Below the pieces are notes generated by a model. That model was not told the DNA's origin, searched no databases, and worked only from the letters and a program-made list of their open reading frames with translations. The position numbers and the translations under genes are program-made. From NCBI RefSeq assembly GCF_006345805.1, contig NC_043014.1:50778001-50842000 (forward strand): 64,000 bases of DNA, read 5' to 3'. The DNA is from Octopus sinensis (taxonomy: Eukaryota). Below are positions 27,824 through 41,607 of this stretch, one piece after another. Numbering within the stretch: the first letter of the stretch is position 1; each line of letters begins with the position of its first letter.

Positions 27824-27990
27824 TGTATGTGCGTGTACGTGTGCGTGTGTGTATGTGTGTGTGTGTACGTGTGTGTGTGTGTGTGTGTGTGCGTACGTGT
27901 GTGTGGGTGTGTGTGTGTTTGTGTGTGTGTACGGGTGTGTGTATGTGTGAGTGTGTGTGTACGTGTGTGTGTTTGTGTGTGTGTGTTTGT

Positions 27991-28031
<41 letters not shown>

Positions 28032-28354
28032 TTTGCGTGTGTGTGTGTCTGTGTGTGTATGTACGTGTGGTGTGGTGTGTGTGTGTGTGTGTGGTGTTTG
28101 TGTGTGTGTGTGTGTATGTGTGTGTGTGTGTACGTGGTGTGTGTGTGTGTGTGCGTACGTGTGTGTGGTGTGTGTGTGTTTGTGTGTGTGTACGGGTGTG
28201 TGTGTATATGTGTGAGTGTGTGTACGTGTGTGTGTGTTGTGTGTGTGGTGTGTGTGTGTATGTGTGTACGTTTGTGTGTGTGTTTGTGTGTGTGTGTGTG
28301 TCTTTGCGTGTGTGTGTGTCTGTTTGTGTATGTGCGTGTGTGTGTGTGTGTGGT

Positions 28355-28395
<41 letters not shown>
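27768..28395. repeat. ~630-bp interrupted (TG)n array with higher-order duplication
   Basis: Diagnostic interruptions gtctttgcgtg and tacgggtgtg each recur ~260-270 bp apart. Confidence 0.95.
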
Positions 28396-28398
<3 letters not shown>

Positions 28399-28959
28399 TA
28401 TCGAGCAGCGAATGTAGAAGCAAAGCACTTCGGATAAATTAAAACCAGAATAATCACGAAAATAACAATAAGAATAAAACTATAACTATGAATTTTGTAT
28501 ATGAAAATTGATTTTCCCATTGAAAAGCAATCCATTGCTCCGATTTTAGCGGCAGCTTAATGTGAAGTGCTTTGTTCAATACATTTTCCTGGAGGATACA
28601 AAAAGAAAAACGATTACCGAAGCAGAATCGTATTGAATTTCTCATCTATTCCTCACATATATTTCATAATATTTTTTTCTTATTTTAAATTTTATTCTCT
28701 ACTTTTTATTCATTTACAGTTTTCAGGAATAGATCACGATAATATCCTGCGATTATTTTATAATTATATTTGTTTAAAAAAAAAAAATTGTCATGTCTTT
28801 ATTGTTTGTGGCGTTTTAATTTTTTTTTTTTTTAATCTCTAAATCCGATATAGAAATCAGTGTTTCTGCTCGGAGGTCATTGTGCCCCGTGGCTAGGCAT
28901 CAGATTATGCTGTGGATAAATAATACTTGCTTATCAATACCACTCTTTCTACACTTATT

Positions 28960-28991
28960 ATATATACACATACATATATGCATACATACAT

Positions 28992-29045
<54 letters not shown>

Positions 29046-29046
29046 C

Positions 29047-29079
<33 letters not shown>

Positions 29080-29144
29080 GAGTGTGTCCGTATATATATA
29101 TATATAAATAGATATAGATATATGTATATATATGAGTGTGTCTG

Positions 29145-29176
<32 letters not shown>

Positions 29177-29281
29177 ATATATATAATATATATATATATA
29201 TATGTATATATATGAGTGTGTCCGTATATATATATATATAAATAGATATAGATATATGTATATATGAGTGTGTCTGTATAT

Positions 29282-29327
<46 letters not shown>

Positions 29328-29388
29328 TAGATATATGTATATACACGGACTTACGTATGTATGTATGTATATGTACATACACGCTCAT

Positions 29389-29420
<32 letters not shown>
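28960..29420. repeat. (CA)n-(TA)n array containing a duplicated ~130-bp unit (gagtgtgtccgta...gagtgtgtctgta)
   Basis: Direct reading. Confidence 0.9.
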
Positions 29421-31162
29421 GCATAAATATATGTATGTTTATATGCATAAATAGACGTAAAATTATGTCTGCATACATATACACGCACATGATTGAATGT
29501 TGTATGGCTTTGTATGTCTGTCCGTGTGTCTGTCTGTCTGTCTGTCTGTATGTATGTATACATGAAATGTACGTTATATGTGTATATTGGACGACTATGT
29601 AACGCAAAATATGACCACCCCTGTAAAGTGCACACATTATTAGCCTCCAGTTACGTTAAATCCCCCCAAAATTAACGTTAGCGCTTACTAATTTTTTCTA
29701 CGGACAAATCTATATTTTTTATCCATGAAATACTTCGGAGAATTGAAAACACGAAAAGAGTCACTATCAATGATCGATGACTACTTACTCATTTTAAAAA
29801 TATTTAAACAACTATAATATCGAAGCCATCATCAGCAATGACAACATAAGTATTCTATTAAACAACAACCACAACGCCACAATCGATATCAGCACACGTG
29901 ACAGCATGACTTGCAAAATATTATCTGTAATTCCACAAACCACAAATTAATTAGAGTGGCGACTAATTCTACCACTTTCAAAATCGCTCGACATCATCAA
30001 AACGAACATTAATGTGCCTTCACACCTTCACCATACACACATGAACATATATAGTGTTTAAACTGTCTTTCAGATCGGAATTCTTATAAATAATATTTCG
30101 AAATGGATATAACGTATATTCTTCATTAATATTCTTTGACGCCACGAATATCGATACGGAAATACACAGGGATTGTGCAGGTGTAAAGCATAGGTAGGAA
30201 GATGAGTGTGTGAAAAGCTTCGCCAACTTTCAGTCAGTTACAACTGGTTTTCTTGAAACAGACGGTGTATACTTCAAGAATTCTAATCGTTTCATTAAGA
30301 TAACAATCTAGATAAACTTTTGATAACGTTATGGACTTGTGAGGGAATAGGATACCTATATTTTCAGGTAGTTAGTTCCAGCGTCCGCAATATTGTGATA
30401 TGTGTGGTTCAATAGGATACGACACAACATCAGTGAGGACTATTTTATTGGAAACAAAACGAGGAACACCGAATTATGCCGAAGTGAGTAATCATCAACA
30501 AACGACAGTGATTCTTTTTCACAAGAAATATAGAAACACACACACACACACGTTCACACATAAAATAGTTGACAGGAATTTAGAAGGCGTTGTTGCGAAA
30601 GCTATACTTTCAAACGACTTCCTTGTGGATATGGAACTCGGAAATGTCTTTGGCACAAAACATGAATGTTGCTGTGACCTGCGAAAGGCACGTGATCTTA
30701 AATATATTTGATAGTTCGTTACCGTTAAAACGATCCGAATTATGCCACGCTAAATACTGTTTCGCTTTCACTGTTATATTCTTCATATGAGAGAAATTTC
30801 CTTATTTCGTCTTTGGGGACTTCTCTGTCATTTTTACATTATCCACCGTCGTATATTTTATTCTTTTTTGTATCGTCTCATCTGCATTGGCGTTAACAGC
30901 AGCGTTGTGGATTCGTTGATCCTACAATGTCTCACTTCCGTAAATTTCGGTTACCTCAGATCTTGTGAATGGAAATAGCCTGTTGTGATGGAAAACACAG
31001 TGTGGCAGCAGGGAGAGACGCCTAACACGGTATTATGTTTGAACTGAGACGCCTGGATCGATAATGGCACAAATGTATTCCATTCAGTTGTAGCCATTGG
31101 ACACATACCACTCATGTGATGTGACTCTTCCAGTCTCCGGTCTCGCATTTCCTAGAAAAATA

Positions 31163-31300
<138 letters not shown>

Positions 31301-33865
31301 GCCTTTGAAATGTAACTTTTTTGTGTATGCATTCCGCTCTTAATTATTATTTCTATCTCCTGAACAATAATGTCTTTACTTAATATAATCGAAAACCAAT
31401 TAATATTTAAAATATTGGCTTCTAGCCAAATTATTTGTAGGATATGATATTAATCAAAAATTAAAAAAGTTTTCTCTAGATTATTTATCCGCTAACAAAT
31501 GCAGCGGGATTTCAAATCGCCAAACTGTCGGATAAAGTATCTTGGACCATATCATCCGACTTTTCCATCGAAGATTGAATTCCAGTGAAAAAAATTTTAT
31601 AAGCTATATTTCTTTCTATGTACACTTATTCCTCTATTAATTACTCTACACTATATTCCAGTATTGTCGTTTATATTCATGTTCCTGAGAAATATCCCGT
31701 ATTTAACTTTAAACGGTTTATTTATTACGCTTCACGCATGTAATTTTATGTTTATAGCAGAACAATCTCTGTATTTATAACGTATTTGAACTGAAACAAA
31801 TTATATGTTGATAGCAGGCAAATTAGGCAGTACCTACCGTCAATAAAATAGATCGAAAGCAACATCTTCCTCTCATGGCAAAATGTGTACCTAATTCAAT
31901 AACATTATGAAGGTCAGTCTGATTAGTATGCATAAAATGCAAAATATTTTATTATTTGTAGATTAGGTAGGCATAATTCTTCCTTGCTTTTCAATCTCCG
32001 TATTTAAGCTTCACATAGTACTGCTGTAGTACACGTGTTGTGTACACTCCTATAACACTATTTTCTTGAAGTGTTACAAAGACAGAAGTAAATCTGCCTT
32101 CTACTTAGTCGCGTGGCTGTGTTTCTCTTATTTTTCGTGTTTTACTACATAAAGGTCACCGCCTGCCTATCCTGAGTAATTACTGACGGCACATGCTTGG
32201 ATTATAGATATCATCATTTATATTGTAGCATATACATCCCTGAAAAAAACCTACAAAATGAAAGACTTATTTTTCCTTTTTCACTTTGTAACACCACATT
32301 CATAAGAGAATTGCACATCATTTTTGTAACGGGTGCTGTATTTCTAGGTTTGTTTGCGGGCAAGTTCTTGTGTTACTACAACTTGGTGATACTTGAGTTT
32401 GATTTGATTTTTCCCTCTAAAGACACTAAAAATCATAAATAAATCATATCGTATCTCTTGAATCTCCCCCAAAATGGAACGATGTCGAAGATTTAAAAGT
32501 ACGCAGTGGAAAGAGTAGCAAGGCTGCGTGAAGATAGAGCAACTTATACCAGAGAATGCGGAGCACGTCAGAATATCAACCGGGCAATGCAGAGACAAGA
32601 ACAGCCGCGCAAGCTATGAGGCTACGAAGGTGACAGGAAAGCTTTAATGAAACTGAGACAACAAAGGAAGGAGAAAGAAAAGACAAATAGAGAAAAAAGT
32701 TTGAATAATGCTGCGGAAGAAGAACAAATGATTAAAAGAGGAGATGCTAAGATACCGAACTATAATTAGGTTATAAGTTTAGAGTGAGAGGCAAAGATCA
32801 AAAAGAATAGAACAAATGAGTTAAATAAATAAGAGTTAGACATACAACTACGTTACAAATTGAAATTGAGAACGAACGAGAGAAAAGATGTGAGTGACAG
32901 AGCAGTTCAAAGAATAGATAATGGACGTGAGGAAGAAATGGAAAGGGGATTTGAGGTTTTAGGACGTAGGACTGAAGTAAAACATAAATATAAGCAAAAT
33001 TCATAAGAAATCTAAGAAAGAACGAGTGGATGCGTTCTGAAAGAAGACTACGGAATGAGAATGACAATGTTAGAAATGCAAGGTCTTGCTGTCATTATTG
33101 ATGACACGGGAATTCTAGTATATTGTCGAATACCGACCGTAGTTGTTGATGATGTGAGTTCAAAGCTTGTTTAGAGTAATCCGCTCTGAAGTGCATTGTA
33201 TTTTAATTGACGACGCTAATACCCTTTTAAAATACAGGAAAGTCACATGTTTCCTTTTCTCTCCACCGATCTTAATATATAGGAATTGTTTAATGAGACG
33301 AGACCAATGTTTGTAAGTATTTTATAAATGGTTTGTCTATATATTGATTTTCCTTTGTAAATGGCGTAAATCCTCTTAATGTTATACACCTTAGATTGTT
33401 AATGAAACTTTTCATTCAGAAAATTCGTAATTCAATTTTAACATTAATTTCAAGCCATTATTCACGAATGAAAAGAAGGGGTTTTTATTTGTTTGTTTGT
33501 TTATTTACTTAGTCTTTCATCGTGTGATTATATATACAATTCTATGTATTGAATGTAAATTATAATTGTCTGGCAAATAGTTGGAACGCAAGATAAATAA
33601 ATTATCTTTTATGATGTACAAACCGGTTAATGCAAAGCAAATACCGGTAACCGTTTACAATATTCTTCAGTAAGGTTGCATAATAATTTTGGCAAGCCGA
33701 TAGATGTTTGCCATTCTGTACTCACGATTCTTTGTCGTGAAACATTTCCTAACTTCGTTGAGTGCTTGTTGAAATGATAGAATATAAAATTCTTTGTTGA
33801 ATAATAGGCAAAGTTTTTAATAGCAGACAGCGTAATTTATTGACTTTATAATTCTCTAGAATTCG

Positions 33866-34080
33866 CTTCAAATTTGGACACGAGGCCCGCAAGTTCAGTG
33901 GAAGGGAGGCGTCGATAACATCTACCCCAGTGCTCAACTGGTATTTATTTCATCGATAAGGTGAGAAGGAAAAGCAAGGTCGATCTCAGCGGAATTTGAA
34001 CTAGGAAACTTAAAGACTGACGAAATACAGCTAAGAAATTTGTTCGGCGTGCTAACCACTCGGCCATCTCGCTGCCTTCT
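33866..34080 (-). mobile_element. Old SINE family A
   Basis: ttcaaatttggacacgaggcc tail, ctggtattt core, gcgtgctaacc head. Confidence 0.75.
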
Positions 34081-34200
34081 CTTAAGTGGTTTATTAAGCA
34101 ATATACAATGTAGTCTGTGAAACACAAGGGTTCGGCTTCTGAAGAATGCAGAAGACCATTTGCATTTTTCTTTTCGAGTTAAATAACTATATTCTGTCAG

Positions 34201-34227
34201 CTACACCGACATTTGCATTTGTTCCAG
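34201..34227 (+). other. Candidate 27-nt micro-exon
   Basis: attctgtcag|CTACACCGACATTTGCATTTGTTCCAG|gtaaga; a strong downstream acceptor ttctctttctcgtttcag ends at 34587; no homology recognised. Confidence 0.25.
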
Positions 34228-34759
34228 GTAAGAATCTGAATATTTTCCCAATCCAGTGCCTGGGAGAATCTGTGCTTATTCGTATTGCTGCTAACAAAGA
34301 ACAAAAAATAAAGAAAGAATAAAATATTCTCAATATGTTTTAAAGCAATAACCGAATATTCCCCGAGTCTGACAAGTACCAGTTTAATTTCCCGAATGTG
34401 ATATTAAAGACAACGGCAAACCGCATTGCATCATTCAGATTTTATCAAAGCAGAATCTGTGTGTTTGATTAGAAGATATGCTACAAATGTGCTGTATATG
34501 ATTCTCATGTTCACTTAATTGCTTACAAAGTTAAAAGGAATCTACATGTTTCCACAATTTGAGAGAGATTTCTCTTTCTCGTTTCAGGTTGCTGTTATTT
34601 AGCGTCATTTACAAAGCAATGATACTCAAAATTATTTGGTCCCGTCCTGCGCTTTATCCATACAACAATGTGAACACACTTACCCAAGAGTTATATTGGC
34701 AAAGTGTCGTATATTTCCTGACAGTGTATACTTGATTAAATCGAAGCCAATATATGACC

Positions 34760-35110
34760 GGTGCTTAAAGCGGTGTGATGGCAGAATCGTCAGCATGCTG
34801 GAAGAAATTCTTAGCGGTATTTCGTCTGAGTTCAAATTCCGCCTAGGTCGGCTTCACCTTTCTTCTTTTCGGGGTCGATAAATTAAGTTCCAGTCGAGTA
34901 CTAGGGTCGATGTAATCGACTAGTCACTTCCACTCAAATTTCAGGCTTTTGCCTTTAGTAGACAGGTGCTTAATGCGGCGAGAATTGTTAAGACGTCGGG
35001 CAAAATGCTTTACAACATATCTTCCATCTTTACGTTTTGTGTTCAAATATCGACGAATTCGAGTTTGCGTTTCCACCTTTAGGGGTCGATAAATTAAGTA
35101 TCGCCTATCG
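34760..35110 (+). mobile_element. Two tandem old SINE family A copies
   Basis: Two decayed head-core blocks. Confidence 0.75.
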
Positions 35111-35695
35111 CGAACTTGCTGGCGTTGAACCAAATCATGAAATCAATTTCTGACACGAGCTTATTTTATCGACACAGGAACCATGACTGGCAGGATTTGC
35201 TTCATTGAAAATTGAACTCAGAAACGTAAGTAACTAGATATGGTACCACATTTTCATTGATGTTCTAACAATCTACCAATGCACTCTACCGCACAAAATA
35301 TACGTGGTCTGAATAATAGGTATCCATGCTGTTGCCACAGTTACGACGCTAAAGCACGCAGAGTGAAGACACTTGGCACAGATCTACCTTGAACTTTGTT
35401 GTGTGTGTGCACTTAGTTTTAATAATTGAGCTAACCACTGCTGTTTATAGCAGTGCTATGAAGGAATATCAAATACCAATTCCTTATTGTATGACTTGCA
35501 TCTGATTCCATATTTCACTGTTTTTAATTCAGTTCAATTAAGAAGTCGTTTTCTGTGAAACTGTTCATTAATGACTAACATTACCTGAAAGACCATCAGC
35601 ATACCAGATACCTATTGTCTATCTAATTATCTGCATCAATTAATCACATCAGTACTTTACATACTTTATCATGCTAACAAATTTGCCAACTTGCT

Positions 35696-35837
35696 GCCTT
35701 AATGATGCGCTTAATATAAGCTTTAGCAATAATACAGGTTTCACATTTTTTCCCCACAGGTGGAAGTTTAGGGGGATGGCTGATTAAATCGCTCCCATGG
35801 CTCATCTGGTGTTTATTTCATCGGCAAAATGATCAAA
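35696..35837 (+). repeat. ~141-bp local direct repeat, copy 1 (copy 2 at 38655-38795)
   Basis: gccttaatgatgcgcttaatataagctttagcaataat...cggcaaaatgatcaaa nearly identical in both. Confidence 0.9.
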
Positions 35838-36369
35838 CGAACGCGCATCATTGAATACAGAAGACGACGTGTGAAGAAAATGTCTAAATGCGACTTTGAA
35901 ATTGCAGGCACCGCATATGAAGTATGGATTGTGGCCTGCAATATTTTGCGCAGACACGATAAAAGAATAGCTAAATGGATGACATGATAGTTATTACGTT
36001 TCCCTATTAATACATCATGAATTAATTCTGATTTGATATCTACAGCTTCTATAGATTCAAAACCGAAATTTAATGTTAATATTTATATCAAATCTTAATC
36101 ACGAGCCGGAAAAGCAATTAATGGGGTGTAAAAATATTTTGGTGGAAATTGTAATAAATACAATTCAATAGATTCTAAAGGCAAGTTTCATTGAAGATGT
36201 GGATGTTTTAGGAAAGTGTATGCATGGTTAAATCAGAAGTTATCGTATTTCGTAATAGTATATAAACGTGGAGACTACAATCGGTGGCAAACAAAATAAA
36301 CAGAAACTTGTTGGAGTATTACTAAAGTGGACTTGATATACATTTGTTCATAAATGTATTTATTGCAAG

Positions 36370-36687
36370 TATGCATGCATGTGTGCATGTATGTATTCAT
36401 GCATTTATGTATGTACTAAGCATATATGTGAGTGTGTGTTTATAAGTATACACATATATACAACATATATTTATATATAATTACATGTAATATATGTATG
36501 CATGCATGCATATATGTATGTATATATATATATATATATATATACTATATATATATCTATACATTATATATATATATATATGTGTATATATATATATGTA
36601 TATATGTATATATATAAATTATATATATATATGTATATATATGTGTGTATATATATATATATGTATGTATGTATATATATATATAAA

Positions 36688-36775
<88 letters not shown>
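36370..36775. repeat. (TATG)/(TA)n array
   Basis: Direct reading. Confidence 0.95.
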
Positions 36776-36777
<2 letters not shown>

Positions 36778-36865
36778 CAACAATTGAGGGTAAAATTAAT
36801 TAATTAATCAATTCACCAAGTATTCAGTATGCAAAGGGACCATTTAAGGCGAATTCAATTATTAC

Positions 36866-37646
36866 ATTATATAAAAGGGCTTAGTAAAAAATTACTTTGC
36901 CGCATACTGAACTCATTAGAAATAGCAGCTAAAAAAACTTTTTTAAAACTATTTCTAATACTTAAAGAAAACCTCTCTCATATAGTGTTTGCTCAATTCA
37001 ACTCACGAAAGAATGGGGGTAGAGACATTAAAAAATCAAATGCAAAGGTTATTTGAGAACGTACGTTCAAGATTAGTCAAACTCGACACTTCTATCATAA
37101 GCTCAGAACTCCCTGGTTTGGATTTGAAAACACTGAAAGTGGGAGCATACCCTTTCGGCTTCTTATCGCTTCTGAAGATCTGCTCGAAACTAACAGTGCC
37201 AGCAAACTCAAAAATGCAGCGAAGAATTTCTGCTCTCCCCTTTCCACTTTTCCCACGCTGGTGGAAAGGGGAGAGCAGAAATTCTTCGCTTGCATTTTTG
37301 AGTTTGCTGGCACTGTTAGTTTCGAGCAGATCTTCAGAAGCGATAAGAAGCCGAAAGGGTATGCTCCCACTTTCAGTGTTGTTAAATCCAAACCAGGGAG
37401 TTCTGAGCTGATGATAGAAGTGTCGAGTTTGACTAATCTTGAAACGTACGTTCTCAAATAACCTTTGCATTTGATTTTTTAATGTCTCTACCCCCATACT
37501 TTCGTGAGTTGAATTGAGCAAACACTATATGAGGTAGGTTTTCTTTAAGTATTAGAAATAGTTTTAAAAAAGTTTTTTTAGCTGCTATTTCTAATGAGTT
37601 CAGTATGCGGCAAAGTAATTTATTTTACTAAGCCCTTTTATATAAT
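36866..37646. mobile_element. ~780-bp near-perfect palindrome (foldback element) in a TA context
   Basis: Arms 36866-37247 and 37261-37646, 13-nt spacer ttttcccacgctg, about 10 mismatches/indels by eye; mirror ORFs MLNSTHE..VETLKNQMQRLFENVR on both strands. Confidence 0.93.
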
Positions 37647-38469
37647 ATATATATATTATATATATATAAGTTACATACATATGGCGTAGGAGGACATAAT
37701 AGTTTCGTTTGGAAAGCGATTCTAATGTAAACATCATGATATCAACATTCAGGAAATAAGATATTATTCTGTAATGTTTAGCAGCCATTGAAGAATTTCA
37801 ATGACTGAACATCTTAGACGTATTCTTCAATGTTTTCAATGACTTTGCTCAAGACCAAGAACGGTAATTGAGTTTAGTTTCTTTTTCATATAATAAAATC
37901 AATTTAAGAATATAATAAACGCAACCAAGACATCAGAAATATTTGTAATTTGCACTGGTTCCCTTTTTAATGTATTTGTTCTTCTCAAGCACCAAACATA
38001 TATCATTTTCTATTTTAAATTGTTGATGATTTGTGTCTCAATACTAACACAATTGGTTTTCATTCTGCTATTCTTGGTAAGTTCAGAGTAAATAAGGAAC
38101 TATTAAGACAAGGAAGACGATCATATTTATATAGTATAAGTTTAATATTAGTCAGAATTGGTTCACTAGAGTTTCGCTCTCAAACACACTTGATAAAAAT
38201 AAATATGAGACAAAAATTGCACGGGCCGTAAATATTTATCTGTTGTTTTACAAGCATGGAACGGCACCGCATCCGGCACTGCTGGGTTGTACTGGATAAA
38301 GGCTGTTGATTTTATAAGGAGGGACGAAGAAAATGAGAATAAATATATTAACTAGAATGATACTAAAGGGCATTAAAAAACAATATGGTAAAGTGATAAA
38401 ATGGCAACGAGAGATGATAAAATCGACAGCTGTGAGTATCTTAGAAATATTAGCAATGATGGGTTTAAT

Positions 38470-38654
38470 ATTGGTTTCAAATTTTGGCAGAATGCTAGCA
38501 ATCTCCGGGGCGGGGTACGTCAATTACGGCGAACCCAATGTTCTACTGGTACTTATATTATTCGCCCTGAAAGGCATGACTGGCAAAGTCGACCCCTGCG
38601 GAATTTGAACTCAGAACGTATTGACGGACGAAAAACCGCTAACCATTTTATCCA
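38470..38654 (-). mobile_element. Old SINE family A
   Basis: ggtttcaaattttggc tail and gcggaatttgaactcagaacg core. Confidence 0.75.
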
Positions 38655-38861
38655 GCCTTAATGATGCGCTTAATATAAGCTTTAGCAATAATGTAGGTTT
38701 CAAATTTTTCCCCACAGGTGGAAGTTTCGGGGGATGGCTGATTAAATCGCTCCCGTGGCTCATCTGGTATTTAATTAATCGGCAAAATGATCAAAGGCAA
38801 TTAGTAGTAATGAGACATGGTTATGGTTGTAGAAAGTAAATATGAAGACGGAAACAGAAAT

Positions 38862-38884
<23 letters not shown>

Positions 38885-38900
<16 letters not shown>

Positions 38901-38998
38901 CAAATATATGGCACAGAACTTCCAACCTGTTGTCTCTTGAGGTCTCTGGGTGAGACTTGGAGCCAACTTGTACAGACATAAAGCAAAAGTCAAACATA

Positions 38999-39000
<2 letters not shown>
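38885..39000 (+). mobile_element. 3'UTR-type fragment of a (TAA)n-inserted non-LTR element
   Basis: Bounded by (TAA)n on both sides; ends gcaaaagtcaaacatag-(AAT)n; family assignment from context. Confidence 0.55.
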
Positions 39001-39058
<58 letters not shown>

Positions 39059-39060
39059 TA

Positions 39061-39554
<494 letters not shown>

Positions 39555-39575
39555 TTAATTACAATAATAATAATA

Positions 39576-39780
39576 ATGTGAATGATCCCTGGGTTACCAT
39601 TTATGCAAGGAGTGAAAACGAGTGTTTTAATGCAAAAGATTACTCTAACTGGTACGTTATATGTACGTTTGAGAAGAACATTGTCGCTGAAACTGCACGA
39701 TAAGGATCCTATTATTACGACACCCTAACAGGAGATTTAAGGACATATCTGTTATTTACTTCGGATATTTGAGTAATTTC
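39576..39780 (+). mobile_element. Second, more decayed R4/Dong-type C-terminal fragment
   Basis: atgatccctgggttacca...gcaaaagattactctaactggtac...gagaagaacattgtcg aligns to 39165-39250. Confidence 0.75.
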
Positions 39781-40661
39781 TTTATGTATACTCGAAGAGA
39801 GGTATGGCGAGATCATAGCAGCATGTATTTGTGTGAGAAGAGGATATAAAATGCGAGGCTTTTATTATTCGAACCCTTTCATAATACACCTGTCTCTCAT
39901 CACAGGATATTGAAACATCGACGGTACAGGTAAACGCAGCGTGGAAAGAAATATTCTGTACGTATGATAATATATTTGACATATGACCTGCGTGTCACGA
40001 AGCAGGTCATTCCTCAATTTTCCTTTCCTTTATAATATGCATTTTTGCGAGAGCTTCAAATAAAATAATGGAAATTATCATATTTGATGAGATTAGATTC
40101 CATTAATATTAGTCCTTGAGCGAACGTTTCGTCACTGCATGTTTAATTCAAAGATTAATTAATTAGAATTTCGGAGTTTTTGCAACCTTTGATGAGATTT
40201 CAGCGTAGGTTTACTTCTCCTCGATGCACAATTCATTTTATGTAATATAAATTAATTAATTTATTTAATTAATTAGCATTTGTTGAACCACTACATATAG
40301 CACTCACTCAACTACAGTTGGAGGATTTGCGGTAACTGGTGATTAGGGGCGAATTTTAGTTAAACAATTTACTGGAATATAATTTAATGCTACATGAATG
40401 GATATCAACTTTAACCAGTTTCATATATTCAGATTAGTCTGTTTTTGTGGTAGTTTATCAACGCTGACTCATTCATTTAAGCATTTGTTTGTTTGCATGT
40501 TCCCTGTAACACCTGCGAAGAACTTATGCAAATACGCTCACATCTAATCATTATGCTGGTATTGTCTCTCCTCCTGCTTAGACGCACGGATCGAATGATG
40601 CCTCAGCAAATTCTTAGCAATCACTAGATTAGTGAAGTAATATTTCATAGTGTACGTAAGA

Positions 40662-41060
40662 TGGTGAGCTGGCAGAAACGTTAGCACTCCGGGCGAAATG
40701 CTTAGCGGTATTTCGTCTCCCGCTACGTTCTGAGTTCAAATTCCACCGAGGTCGACATTGCCTTTCATCCTCTCAGGATCGATAAACTAAGTACCAGTTA
40801 CGCACTGGGGTCGATGTAATCGACGTAATCCGTTTGTCTGTCCTTGTTTGTCCTCTCTGTGTTTAGTCTCTTGTGGGTAGTAAAGAAACGGGTATTTCGT
40901 CTGTCTTTACGTTCTGAGTTCAAATTCCGCCAAGGTTGTCATTGCCTTTCATCATTTCGTGGTCGATAAATTAAGTACCAGTTATGTAGTGGGGTCGATC
41001 TAATCAACTAGCTTCTCCGCCAAATTTTCGGGCCTTGTGCCTAGAATAGAAAAGAAAAGA
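40662..41060 (+). mobile_element. Dimeric SINE family A (head-core-tail1-core-tail2)
   Basis: Junction gtaaagaaacg|ggtatttcgtctg; ends ggccttgtgcctagaatagaaaagaa. Confidence 0.9.
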
Positions 41061-41607
41061 ATATTTTGGAATACGTTACTTGTGACAAACTCATATGAAA
41101 TTACGTCAAATAACTAAGGAGCGGACATAACTATTCTCAAATCCTACTTATGAGTGAAGGTACTTAAAATCTCACCTGGGGTTTCAATACACTATTGTAT
41201 TTGATCTGCTGAAGCGTATATTTAATATCGGTTTCAAATTTTGCAACAAGGTCAGCTATTTCGAAGGGAGGCATTAGACGTATACGTCGACCTGTTTCCC
41301 CCCGATAGGATGAAAGGCAAAGTTTACCTCAGTTGGTTTTGAACTCACAACGTTCAGAAGGATGAAACGCCAATGAGTATCTTGGTCGCCGCGGTAACGA
41401 TTCTGACAGCTCACCACTTTAGGAATATATTTAATATTATTTGACGAATTCCAGCCATTTTCAGAAAAAAACAATCTTATTGAAAGTGTGTGCTTTAATT
41501 TTGATAGGCATAATTCTTGTTTACCTGACCAGTGGCATATATTTTCCCAATTCCATTTCAAGTCTCAAATTTAATAGAGAAAATTGGTATCGGCTCTACA
41601 CGAAATA

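Noticed and set aside
30560-31150. Decayed coding-like minus-strand segment (DEIRKFLSYEEYNSESETVFSVA, faintly BACK/kelch-like)
   Set aside because: Multiple stops in all frames and the resemblance is too weak to call without an HMM search.
32470-32760. Charged peptide VERVARLREDRATYTRE resembling Helitron N-termini
   Set aside because: Short and low-complexity, with no Rep/helicase motifs or Helitron ends nearby.
37165-37200. Hammerhead-like CUGAAGA-UCUGCUC-GAAAC inside the palindrome arms
   Set aside because: No credible stem II or stem III/NUH; probably coincidental, though worth rechecking on a family consensus.
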